From positions 26,845 to 90,844 of IMG/VR virus record IMGVR_UViG_3300006871_000008: 64,000 bases of DNA. One strand, given 5' to 3'. This document shows, one piece after another, positions 49,797 to 58,871 of the stretch. The position numbers were made by a program, and so were the translations under genes. Numbering within the stretch: position 1 is the first letter of the stretch; each line of letters starts with the position of its first letter. The stretch is from a virus. Below the pieces are notes generated by a model, which did not search any database, had not been told where the DNA came from, and was given only the letters and a program-made list of their open reading frames with translations.

Positions 49797-50738
49797 TTAG
49801 AATAATCGGTAATCAAGGTCTTGGGATTCAAAACCTGTGTAGCCTGACATTGCATAGCTATCATCCTGTCGGAGCATTGCATCGGCCACTTCGGCATCAA
49901 CCCAGAACGAACCGGAGGGTTGGTTGTGTCGGGTCGGGCCAGAAATCCAATCCTCGCCCCAACTATTCCAGCACAGCAAGCCGGGCCGACTATACTCGTC
50001 GTCCACGGAAACGAACAACATACAGTGACTCCAAGAGCCACTTGGACGGGCAAAGCCGTCCTTGTCCCGCACGCTGCGGAACCCATAATTTGAGCAGACG
50101 GGCACAGGATAGCCGTTCGCAATTGCATCACGCGCTTCCTCATATGACCGCACAGGAGAGACTGTCTTGACCGGATGCTCTTTGCCGATTGGCTCAAGTT
50201 CATCGGGCGCTCCCGCGCGAGGCGCACCCCACCGACGAGAAATCTCACCACTGTAGTTGGTCAAATCATACTTGCCGTCCAGATACTTCATCCGATGGAG
50301 TGTGCCGTATTTCACGACACCTTCGGCAGCCCATGCACCGTTGGAGCCATCGCCCCAACCGCAACCACCGCGCCCAATTTCAACGCGCGAAATGGCATAA
50401 ATGTACTCAGTCGAAGCCTTAGCGGCGAACTTTTCTCGCTTGCCAGCCTTGATTTCGGAGGCTTGCAGCACGTCCACGCCCATGCCCCAACCCTGGCTAA
50501 CGCATGTACCGTAGTTACCCTGATTGTGCGAGCGGCATTGAGGATCAACGACTTCACGGTAAAATTCGTGCAGAAGGACGATTTTGCCCTTCCCGCTATC
50601 CTGAATCGCCGGCGCTGCCGTCTTGAATTGCCCCATCGGGCCAAGACTGGCATGATATGCGGCAATATCTTCCCGCTTCGGCTGCCAACCAGCCAGAGAG
50701 CCAGCGGCGTGCAGATCAAGAATGTTGTAGTCGGCCAT
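49797..50738 (-). CDS. Papain-like (C1) cysteine protease
   Basis: NQGNYGTCV (Gln/Cys), SHCM (His), WNSWG (Asn). Confidence 0.9.
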   Translation of the reverse strand: MADYNILDLHAAGSLAGWQPKREDIAAYHASLGPMGQFKTAAPAIQDSGKGKIVLLHEFYREVVDPQCRSHNQGNYGTCVSQGWGMGVDVLQASEIKAGKREKFAAKASTEYIYAISRVEIGRGGCGWGDGSNGAWAAEGVVKYGTLHRMKYLDGKYDLTNYSGEISRRWGAPRAGAPDELEPIGKEHPVKTVSPVRSYEEARDAIANGYPVPVCSNYGFRSVRDKDGFARPSGSWSHCMLFVSVDDEYSRPGLLCWNSWGEDWISGPTRHNQPSGSFWVDAEVADAMLRQDDSYAMSGYTGFESQDLDYRLF

Positions 50739-51220
50739 TATAGCTCCACAGGCTGTTCGATGGTGATTTCAAGTTCTGTCGGACTCAGGGCCTTGCCGAC
50801 GCGAGCAACAAGCTGGCCGGTGGCGCTCGGTGCAGTCGAAGTCAGGTGTCCAGCGGTCGTCGGGCTGAGGAAGTAGATCGCGCCCGTCGTAAGACCGCCA
50901 ACTTGACCTGTGATGGCATCCCATTGGCCGGTTGTGGCCGTTAGAACACCGTCTGTTTGAATCATGCCGGGCTGGCCCGCTGCCACAGAGGCATCCTTGA
51001 CCAGACCCAAGACTTCCGAAGTGGCGTAGGCATCAGCCTTCGCCTTGTCAACGGTGTCAGCAACGGTCGTATAGACCGGCGTACCGATGACGATTGCGCC
51101 CGCATTGCCGTTGGTTTGCGAGATTACATCAACCTCCGACACGACTGCATCCAGGGTATCACTGGATTGAAGTTGCCGGATACGGCCATTGACCATTACT
51201 AGGGGTTTTCGTGCAGCCAT
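50738..51220 (-). CDS. Head decoration/cement-like protein (KPL family)
   Basis: Highly similar to 42624-43106. Confidence 0.65.
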   Translation of the reverse strand: MAARKPLVMVNGRIRQLQSSDTLDAVVSEVDVISQTNGNAGAIVIGTPVYTTVADTVDKAKADAYATSEVLGLVKDASVAAGQPGMIQTDGVLTATTGQWDAITGQVGGLTTGAIYFLSPTTAGHLTSTAPSATGQLVARVGKALSPTELEITIEQPVEL

Positions 51221-51732
51221 TAGAGTCCTATCGGTGACTCGATGCGAATATCGAGTGTTTCAGGCGTTAGTGCTTTACCCAACTGCACGACAAATTCGCC
51301 GGGCAGACTTGGTGGTTCCGTGGTTATGAGTCCTGCGATTGTTGGGTGTAGGAAATAAGTCGCACCGAGCGATAGTTTTTCAGTCAGTGCGACAGCAGAC
51401 CAATCTTCTCTTGTGACTTGACCTGATGACCCGCAAACGGCTTCTGAGCCTGTTGGAGCATCGACAAACACAAATCCACAGGCGTCTGCATGGGTTTCAT
51501 CGTTAGCTTGGGCAGGCCAAATTCGGTTGTTGAACACGTAAAATGGCTGGCCCGCGAGCATGTTTTGGCCGGTCATTAGGGTGAATGCCCCTGCCGACTC
51601 TGCCACGGCTCTCTGTGTGGCCTGCACCTGCGACGTGATCTTCTGCCAGTCGGCCCCATCCGGGGCTGCGTAGGTGTGCGGATCGTTGCGAGTCGCGGAT
51701 TGGCCGTCCCAAATCAGTTGTTCGAGCGGCAT
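51220..51732 (-). CDS. Head decoration protein (WDG family)
   Basis: Similar to 43111-43650. Confidence 0.65.
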   Translation of the reverse strand: MPLEQLIWDGQSATRNDPHTYAAPDGADWQKITSQVQATQRAVAESAGAFTLMTGQNMLAGQPFYVFNNRIWPAQANDETHADACGFVFVDAPTGSEAVCGSSGQVTREDWSAVALTEKLSLGATYFLHPTIAGLITTEPPSLPGEFVVQLGKALTPETLDIRIESPIGL

Positions 51733-52061
51733 AGTTCAACCCACAGGCCATTGTCGTACAGCAATGTTATCGTGTCCCGGATGCTGTCTAGGTTACAATT
51801 ACCTGCTAAGGCAAGGTTTCCTGTTACATCTTTTAAGGTAATAGTCCTGGCATCATCAAATGCCATCAGAACTAACACGTCGCTTTGCTGGCCTCCATTG
51901 ATCGTTATTAAGTTCGTTGTTCCGGTGGTCGGTGAAGTGACTTTGTGGAACGATTTTGTAACTGTGATTGCCCCACCGATAACTGTCAGCGTTGTCGGGA
52001 CATTTAGTGAAACCTTATCAAGTTGCTTGATTCGGCCACTTATCATCCCCAAGGGGCGCAT
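51714..52061 (-). CDS. Small fibre-tip-like protein with RPL..GRIKQL N-terminus
   Basis: N-terminal motif shared with the KPL family. Confidence 0.6.
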   Translation of the reverse strand: MRPLGMISGRIKQLDKVSLNVPTTLTVIGGAITVTKSFHKVTSPTTGTTNLITINGGQQSDVLVLMAFDDARTITLKDVTGNLALAGNCNLDSIRDTITLLYDNGLWVELCRSNN

Positions 52062-52241
52062 CTAGTTAAAACTTCGCAACGTCTTGTACAAAGCAATCTG
52101 CCGTTTCGTCTGGGCCGAAGCATTGGCCGGTGGGTGGGCCGCATACTGTGCCACAGTTTCGCCAGCCGCCTTTGCCTTACGAGTCAGTGAGCCTTTGTGT
52201 TTGATCGCGCCTTGAATCCAGTTTTTCTTCTGCTTTGCCAT
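52062..52241 (-). CDS. Small Lys/Ala-rich protein (59 aa, not in the ORF track)
   Basis: MAKQKKNWIQGAIKHKGSLTRKAKAAG...LYKTLRSFN. Confidence 0.75.
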   Translation of the reverse strand: MAKQKKNWIQGAIKHKGSLTRKAKAAGETVAQYAAHPPANASAQTKRQIALYKTLRSFN

Positions 52242-52243
52242 GA

Positions 52244-52384
52244 CTACTTCCCCTTGCCGGCTTTCTTTGGCTTAACATGCTCTGGTAACTTGGCTCCCTT
52301 CGGAGTGTGAGCCGCAAACTCTTTGGCGAGGGCTGGCTTGTTAGCATACAAGAAAGCCCGTTGTGCTTTGCTTTTGAATGGCAT
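52244..52384 (-). CDS. Small basic protein
   Basis: MPFKSKAQRAFLYANKP... Confidence 0.75.
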   Translation of the reverse strand: MPFKSKAQRAFLYANKPALAKEFAAHTPKGAKLPEHVKPKKAGKGK

Positions 52385-52385
52385 T

Positions 52386-52580
52386 CTAGTAGCCCATTTC
52401 TTGTGCAGCAGGTTGTCCTGTTGGGCCATTACTGTTGTGAGCAGGGGCCACGTCACCACCCGGACCATCGGCTGTATCACCCGGTTCTGGATGGTCAATC
52501 AACTCTACGTTGTCGGCACAATCAGGACAGCCAACCTTTGCCATCGGGCTGTACGAGCCGAAGCTATTTGCTTGTGCCAT
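52386..52580 (-). CDS. Small hypothetical protein
   Basis: Tightly packed ORF. Confidence 0.55.
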   Translation of the reverse strand: MAQANSFGSYSPMAKVGCPDCADNVELIDHPEPGDTADGPGGDVAPAHNSNGPTGQPAAQEMGY

Positions 52581-52582
52581 GA

Positions 52583-52708
52583 TTATTGCTCCGACTTCGG
52601 TGTGGCTTTGACGCCTTTCACGGCGGGTGTGGCCTCTTTCGCCACTTGCGAACCCGACTTGCCGGGGACTGTTGACTTGGAAATGTCGATTTTACCAGTT
52701 GCTTTCAT
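52583..52708 (-). CDS. Small basic protein (41 aa)
   Basis: MKATGKIDISKS...; GAGGT SD. Confidence 0.6.
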   Translation of the reverse strand: MKATGKIDISKSTVPGKSGSQVAKEATPAVKGVKATPKSEQ

Positions 52709-52710
52709 GC

Positions 52711-53439
52711 TTACCTCTTTCCCTCTTTGGCGATTTTCTCCAAAGCAATGCCGATGTTAGCCCAGAGAGAAGCGTGTGACGGCATATCGGCGAGCCGTCC
52801 AGCCTTACTTTCAGCGTTCAGGTACTTCCTGAGTTCCTCACCAAAGCCCTGCCATGCCGGACCAGCACTACCAAGAGACGCCTTGTTGCTGATTGCGGTT
52901 GCCTTGATTACATCTTCGGGGGTTTTGAGCAGGTTGGCGGAGATTTGCTGCGAGACACTGTGAAAAGAACTAGCGATGGCGTTGGCTTCATTCACCCACG
53001 TATCACTTTTGACCAGCTTCAACCAGTCCCGAATCTTGGCTTCAACGCCGGATGGTCCGGGTTCCGGTGGGACAACGCCCTCGACCACAATGGTCACAGA
53101 GACTAGATCAACAGTGTTGTCTTTCGCACCAGCAATCCAGAAAGTGTATGCACCGGGCTTGTCGCCGCTGAAAAATGCCCGTTTTCCATCCTCAATGACC
53201 GCGAAATTGTCAGTTTTGGGCGTGACTTGCCACTTGAACTTGCTTACTTGGCTCTCGGAGGCGTCCAAAATGACCAGTTGGCCGATCTTGGCAGTCTCAA
53301 CTGCCTTCACGACAACCTTGGCGTCCGTATCACCATCAGTGATTCGGATTCCACCATAAATTCCGGCCCCTGCCGCGCCACCGCTCAGGATCAACGCCAG
53401 CCACAGAACCCACTTCATCCAGGGAGATTGCGTATTCAT
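52711..53439 (-). CDS. Exported protein with PKD/Ig-like domain, Pro linker and helical domain
   Basis: N-terminal TM; LVILDASES..FKW..PGAYTF; PPEPGP. Confidence 0.7.
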   Translation of the reverse strand: MNTQSPWMKWVLWLALILSGGAAGAGIYGGIRITDGDTDAKVVVKAVETAKIGQLVILDASESQVSKFKWQVTPKTDNFAVIEDGKRAFFSGDKPGAYTFWIAGAKDNTVDLVSVTIVVEGVVPPEPGPSGVEAKIRDWLKLVKSDTWVNEANAIASSFHSVSQQISANLLKTPEDVIKATAISNKASLGSAGPAWQGFGEELRKYLNAESKAGRLADMPSHASLWANIGIALEKIAKEGKR

Positions 53440-53573
53440 GTTACCTTACTGTGTGAAAGAGTCGGATGTTTCGTGATTTGCCGTCGAATCGTTCTTGATC
53501 TATGGCAAAGCAATCTTCGCAGCGACCTTCCAGATGGTATGCTGGCAGCACGGAACGCCCGCACCGGCACTGA

Positions 53574-53970
53574 TTAACTGACTTCCCAACCGTCGAGTGG
53601 CTCGTCCGAGGGTTCCTCGCCGCGCCGTAGTGCTTCCTTCGCCGACCGCCTGTTCGCTTTATTGTGCTTTCGTCGTAGCCAGCGCTTATGCCGTGGACGC
53701 CCTGAATAATGGTCAGGTTGCCCTTCGCCGTTCTCACCGTTGAGCATTGTCCATGCCTTTTGCCACTCAGTCCGTCTGGTCTTTGACACTTTTCAGCGTC
53801 TCCTGCCGAGTTGGGCCTTCGTACTTTCGTCGATTTCCGCAACAGTATCGGCTGCATGAGGCTAAGTGGTTGGCGAGTTTAATCGCAAAGGTGGGCGGTG
53901 CGAACCAGTAAATCTGCTTTGCCTTGTTTTTCTTTCGGGCGAGGGCGGCTCGCCGCTCTGCTCGTTTCAT
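53574..53970 (-). CDS. Two small basic ORFs (about 53574-53789 and 53767-53970)
   Basis: Arg/Lys-rich; CSRYCCGNRRK motif. Confidence 0.55.
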
Positions 53971-53976
53971 TGCAAG

Positions 53977-54048
53977 TGACCCCGAAGGGAATCGAACCCT
54001 CATTCTTCGGTTGAAAGCCGCTAGTCCTAGCCATTAGACGACGGGGCC
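53977..54048 (-). tRNA. tRNA-Glu(TTC), weak anticodon stem
   Basis: GGCCCCG acceptor, CTTTCAA loop, GGTTCGATTCC. Confidence 0.8.
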
Positions 54049-54117
54049 ATTTTAGGCCCGACGTTCCAAGTGAATTCCAATTTTGTCAGCGAATTTCATA
54101 CGTCACCGTCTTTCAAT

Positions 54118-54190
54118 AGCCGCCCGTAGGACTCGAACCTACAACCTGGGGATTACAAATCTCCGGCTCTGCCAATTGAGCTAGGGAGGC
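54118..54190 (-). tRNA. tRNA-Thr(TGT)
   Basis: TAGCTCAATTGGCAGAGC, TTTGTAA loop, GGTTCGAGTCC. Confidence 0.85.
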
Positions 54191-54196
54191 TAAAGG

Positions 54197-54366
54197 AAAC
54201 CCTCTCACCGATTCGCTAGGCGGGTTCGGCACACCTTTGTACGGTTGCATCACTTCCGAGAGGGTTGATCGGCGGGTACTAGCCGCCGAGGGGTCTGATG
54301 CTGCGCATTTTGACCGGGCCTAGATACGGGTCACTGTGCCTTGCAGCCAGGAGAGCCGAACCCGGT
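54197..54366 (-). ncRNA. Unassigned structured RNA with pseudoknots
   Basis: Crossing 10-bp and 9-bp helices plus two hairpins; strand inferred from the neighbouring genes. Confidence 0.6.
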
Positions 54367-54375
54367 ATGTTACGC

Positions 54376-54585
54376 TTACTCGGCGTGGGCGTGGAACAGG
54401 CCAGCCATCGCGGTCTTTGTCAGATAGCGAAGGATGAGGTTCACACCCGAAAGGCCAAGTCCAATCGCGGCCACAAGGTCGGGATTGTTGGTAATCAGGT
54501 TGTGGTCGATGACATACGTGCCAAATCCCGCAATCAGGACAAGGGCGTTGACAATGACCGTCTTAGAAAGCACTAACTTCGGCAT
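54376..54585 (-). CDS. Holin-like two-TM protein
   Basis: SKTVIVNALVLI...GVNLILRYLT. Confidence 0.6.
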   Translation of the reverse strand: MPKLVLSKTVIVNALVLIAGFGTYVIDHNLITNNPDLVAAIGLGLSGVNLILRYLTKTAMAGLFHAHAE

Positions 54586-55114
54586 CTTCGGTTTCTCCCG
54601 CCGTCTTAACGGCATCAATTAGGCGAGTGGCAATGCGTTCCAGCACGTCCTCGCTACCGGGTAATTCTGCGGTTTCCTCAGAGCAGATTTGGACTGCTTC
54701 GGCGGCAAACTGCAACAGAGCAGCCCGATCCACCGTCAAGCCAGCCGACTTTTCAACCTTCACACACTCCGAGACAAGTGACTTTGCCGTGAGCAAAAGG
54801 TTGTTGAATGTATTGATTTTGGACTCAAAACTGCCTTCGCTGGCGTTCATTAAGTCTGCGAATCGTTGGATTGCAGTCCGAATCAACGCAACTTCGGCTC
54901 GAAGGGACAGAATATCCTCGCGGTCGGACATTTGACCGTATAGACCGCGAAGTTCGGCTTGGGCCAAGTCGTACATTCGACGCTCGGCCTTCTGCGCCTT
55001 TGCTCGTCCGCCGTGCCGATTGCACAAATCCGTGCCGGGTACGACGGGATGCGGGCATTGCCCGAATTCGCCGGTACGTTGGCAACGATTGTCGTGGTCA
55101 GCAGGTCGTGGCAT
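54563..55114 (-). CDS. Probable terminase small subunit
   Basis: RC..C..C.RHGG Zn motif followed by LRAEVALIR helices; first gene of the late block. Confidence 0.6.
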   Translation of the reverse strand: MPRPADHDNRCQRTGEFGQCPHPVVPGTDLCNRHGGRAKAQKAERRMYDLAQAELRGLYGQMSDREDILSLRAEVALIRTAIQRFADLMNASEGSFESKINTFNNLLLTAKSLVSECVKVEKSAGLTVDRAALLQFAAEAVQICSEETAELPGSEDVLERIATRLIDAVKTAGETEDAEVSAF

Positions 55115-55248
55115 CGGAAATCCCTTCATAGAGATATATCGGGCAAAACGACCCATTTTGCCAGTAGAAAATGGAAATTTTCGCCAGATTTTTGCAAATC
55201 CAGGCCCAGAAAGGACTTACAATGCCAAAAATTTGTCGATTTTTGGCC

Positions 55249-55584
55249 TCAACTAACGTAAACGCGGCCATCTGGCATGAAAAGTGCCATTTCAGCGGCG
55301 TCCACTCGGTCCCCGGCCTCGGTTACGAAGGATTCGTCGCGGTAGGGGTTGTACCGCACGCGGGTCAGACACTCGCGGTCCAGGCGTGCCTTGCGGTAGC
55401 CCGCGACCTTCGCATGGACGTTCTTGCGGCCCTCCCGGATGACCCGCTGCCGCCCGGCCTGGGACACCTTGAAGGTGGGCGAGGCCAGGACAAGCCTCTT
55501 GGCGTGGTCCACAACGAGATTCGTGCTGGCATCTTGAACGGACCAGCACTTTCGGTTGAAGTTCCAGTAGATTTTGACTTTCAT
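55249..55584 (-). CDS. Conserved phage protein of unknown function
   Basis: YWNFNRKCWSV..FKVSQAGRQRVIREGRKNVHA. Confidence 0.7.
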   Translation of the reverse strand: MKVKIYWNFNRKCWSVQDASTNLVVDHAKRLVLASPTFKVSQAGRQRVIREGRKNVHAKVAGYRKARLDRECLTRVRYNPYRDESFVTEAGDRVDAAEMALFMPDGRVYVS

Positions 55585-57532
55585 GCGCCCCTCGCTCGGC
55601 TCGCGTCCTTCCAGCCACGATTCCAGGCTGCGTGACTCTGATTCAGCCGTCGCCCGTTGTTGGCCGGGTAATCGTTCGTCTCGAAAGGCTTGCCCTCGAT
55701 AAAGGCTTGTCGTCCTTCCTCATACTCGAAGTGGAAATCTTCGGAGGGCGGTCGCAGCGGGCCGTAACCTTCGGGGTCAAGGAACACAGGGGTCATGGTT
55801 GTTTCTCGGATTCTACTTGTCGCCCGTCTCGCAGGATGCCCCAAACGCGCCGTGACGGGTTGTACGGCTCATAGGGACCGTCACCGAACGTCTCGATGAA
55901 CGGACCAACTGCGAATTGTCTCTCGCGGGCGAGGCGGTTAAATTCCTCAATCGTGATTGGTTCGTATTGGCTCATGGGTTCCATGATACAGGTTTTCCGC
56001 CCTGTGTCAAGCTGAAATTGAACACGTCACCTACAGAAAGGTCGAAAATTATTTCCTCGCTGCCCTGCGTAAAATGCAGCGTCCTGTACACAGTCCGGTC
56101 GTAGCGGGTGAGGAATTGGACGCGCACCGGCCCCTTCCAGGCCGTTGTAATCGGGATTTGGTACACGCCGTTGGGTGGGTCGTCGTCTAATTGGATTTCG
56201 TTAGTCGTGCTTACGATTCTTAGATACACGGCGTTTCTCCCGTACACGACGGACGAATGAAGGCCGACGATCTTCGTTGGCCTCGGCTTTGGTGTCGTAT
56301 GGTCCCCACAGCGGGCAGTCCGGCGTTAGCTCGCTGGCGTCGATATGCCAGCCTTCATCGTTCTGGACGAGCGGGAGTATCGGCGGCTGTGTTACTGCCT
56401 TAGCCATCCGGCGACTCCTGCCGCGATGACGATGCCGGCGATGATGGCGAGGGCCAGGGCCACGTCGCCCCAGGTCAAGGGTTTGTATTCAGGATACATA
56501 GCGGTCCTTTGATTCAATGATGAAGGCGGCTTGGCGTGGAGAAATCGGGGCCGCACCCTCCCAACCGACGAGCGGACGACTCTGCCGCTCAAGGTCTGCT
56601 TGGGTGTCGGCCCCGATATAGAAACGGGCAGCAAGGGCGCGCACTTGAGGCGGTGCTTCCGGCCAGTCTTTCACAAGGCGAACGATCATGTCAAGGTACA
56701 TTTCAGTTTCCCACAGCAAAGCGTTGGCAATTGCAGTATTTGCAGCCGACAGGTCGCATATCTTCGTAGGTATCGAAGTGGCGTTCGTAGGAATGGCCGC
56801 AGTCGGCACACTCTTTGTCATCGCCGAAGTTCGGGTCGTACTTATCCTCTGCCGATTGTGGCAGGCAGGACAGCACGAACGCCAGTCCCTTCGGGTACGA
56901 AATAAACTGCTTCAAACGGGCGGTTACTTCGTAGCAATGATGACACAGCTTCGTGCCAGTCATATCAGTCGGCTCGTTGCAGTACGTGCAGGGCACGGTG
57001 TCCGGTCGCCGATTGCAATTACAGTTTGGGTCTTGACACGCGGGCATTGGGTTTCTTGTAAACGGGTTTGGCGTACAACTCGTTGGAGTCGCACGTCGAG
57101 CAGTTGCCGAATCGGGTTTCAATAACGCAGACTTCCGTGCCGCTCCGGGTGCGGCCCGCGCCCTGAATCTCGATTACCTTCACGAATTGGTCAAGGTAAA
57201 CGTATTCCTCGCCGACCGTGATTGTGAGTCCATCGACCACGATGGACTCGCCTTTGTTGTTCAGTGTTGCCATTTTACTCGTCGCTGAAATAGGTTGGGA
57301 GATAATCGCCGTCGTTGGCCTGCTCAATCATTTGGCGTAGCCGGTATTCGGGCCGCTTCGTGAATGGGACGTAGCCCCATCGAAGCACCCAACCAAACCA
57401 TAACGCTCGCACGACAAAGCCATACTTCCAGGCGGTGTGCCGCCCGGCCCAAGCCGTAAACCAGCCCCGGTCGCTAATCGGGGCGATGTACGCCGTGGTG
57501 ATTAAGTTGCTGGTCTTGAAGCGGATTTCCAT
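55581..57532 (-). CDS. Cluster of about nine small overlapping hypothetical ORFs
   Basis: Contiguous ORFs; includes a Cys-rich protein starting MPACQDPNC. Confidence 0.5.
55983..56010 (-). promoter_or_regulatory. Sigma70-type promoter, leaderless
   Basis: TTGACA-16-TATCAT-7 nt-ATG(55975). Confidence 0.75.
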
Positions 57533-57984
57533 TACGGCCTCAAGATTGCTTTGACGATGGTAAGTCCTTCGTCGAGTGTCTTGGCTCGGAATCCGATAGC
57601 TTCGTCGATCATCGGGTGGGAGTGGACGTTGCCCTCCGGCTCGATGATGGCAACTAGCGGGATATGGCGGTCATAGGTCCAGGCGATTTCCATGACCGTG
57701 CCCGCACTGACTCGCGGCGCTCCGACCAGATATGCCAGCACAACGTCCGCCGAAGTGCAGTCGAAGAAATCGCGGGTCATAATGTTCCGCGACGACGAGA
57801 ACAGGCCAGCATCCGGGTACGACCCGGACAGTACGCCCTTCTCTTTGAGATAGTCCTTGGCTCGCATCGGCGAGTAGGCGTCAATGCCGAACTTCGCTAA
57901 TTCAGCCTTGGCAACATCGCGCCATTCGGTGCAACCGTCAAACGTGCAGCCGGTGATTGGCCCGGCCAAATAAACCTTCGGCAT
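57532..57984 (-). CDS. Nucleoside 2-deoxyribosyltransferase-like protein
   Basis: KVYLAGPI..RD..ADVVL..GTVMEIAW. Confidence 0.85.
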   Translation of the reverse strand: MPKVYLAGPITGCTFDGCTEWRDVAKAELAKFGIDAYSPMRAKDYLKEKGVLSGSYPDAGLFSSSRNIMTRDFFDCTSADVVLAYLVGAPRVSAGTVMEIAWTYDRHIPLVAIIEPEGNVHSHPMIDEAIGFRAKTLDEGLTIVKAILRP

Positions 57985-57985
57985 C

Positions 57986-58162
57986 TTACGCTCCCAACAG
58001 TTTCAGCAGGTAGTACCCGGCCCCGACCCCGCAAAGCAAGGACGTAATGTAGGCCAAGAGTATTTCAGTTTGGTCTTTGCGGTAATGGGCGGTCAGCGGG
58101 AAGATGCCCACGGACAGGCCGAAGAACACAAAGAATCCGAGAAGATAAAGGTGGTCCATCAT
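57986..58162 (-). CDS. Small two-TM protein (58 aa, not in the ORF track)
   Basis: MMDHLYLLGFFVFFGLSVGIFPL...; starts 6 nt after a -10 box. Confidence 0.7.
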   Translation of the reverse strand: MMDHLYLLGFFVFFGLSVGIFPLTAHYRKDQTEILLAYITSLLCGVGAGYYLLKLLGA

Positions 58163-58655
58163 CCCCTCATTATAGTCATTGGGTCGGGCTGTGTCAATAG
58201 GTCCGACAGGATTTTCTCAAGGTACAGGGCTTCCTCTGCCGTGAAGTAAACTTCCGTGTGGTGGTTCGTGCCGGGCGGGCTGTTCAGCCGCTTCTGGTCG
58301 GCGATGACGCTTTGCACCACTTCCAGCAGACGCGCCAAGGCGATTTGGGTAATCGCGTCCTGCATTATCTTCTGCCGCCGCTCGTCGGGGCCAATCCGCA
58401 TGGAGTATTGGGGCCGAGGCTCGTCGTGTGTTGGGCAGGACGCGCCGTGGCAGCAGTTGCAAGTGTCGCTCATGTATAGCTCCCATTCAGGATGCCGTGG
58501 ACGGTCTGCGATAGGTGGGTCGCACCGTACTTGGCGTCCAGCAGCACCACGTCCTGAATCGCCGCCAGCTTGCGGTCCCGAATCAGGAGTTTGGCCTTGA
58601 GGATTGCGACCCAAGAGCCGAAGAACAAGGTTGCAAGGAAAAGCAGGACGGTCAT
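58159..58655 (-). CDS. Two small hypothetical ORFs (about 58159-58473 and 58470-58655)
   Basis: ATGA overlaps. Confidence 0.55.
58169..58197 (-). promoter_or_regulatory. Sigma70-type promoter, leaderless
   Basis: TTGACA-17-TATAAT-6 nt-ATG. Confidence 0.85.
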
Positions 58656-58658
58656 GGC

Positions 58659-58865
58659 TCACCAATTCATAATGTTGCCCGGATTCGACGGGCTGAGTGG
58701 AGAAACGGGGTTGCCTGGGTTCAAGTACCAGTCCATTGCGTCGTCGGTGGCTGGCTGCGGTCGCCGGTCAGTCTCAGGACTGTTGATGGCGATGCCGACT
58801 GCCGTGCCAAGGATTAGAAGCATGACGGTAAAGAACACGAAGTCGAAAAGTTGGGTTCTGTTCAT
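58659..58865 (-). CDS. Small membrane-anchored protein with WYxxPxNPxSPL motif
   Basis: TM segment; motif shared with 61921-62109. Confidence 0.7.
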   Translation of the reverse strand: MNRTQLFDFVFFTVMLLILGTAVGIAINSPETDRRPQPATDDAMDWYLNPGNPVSPLSPSNPGNIMNW

Positions 58866-58871
58866 AACTCT

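Noticed and set aside
49775-50251. 354-aa thioredoxin as given in the ORF track
   Set aside because: The upstream part overlaps the protease gene out of frame; the ATG at 49774 gives a signal-like N-terminus
54197-54366. Assignment as RNase P RNA or a theta ribozyme
   Set aside because: Lacks the GAGGAAAGUCC CR-I motif; lies 5' rather than 3' of the tRNA and lacks the minimal P3/L3 geometry; left unassigned
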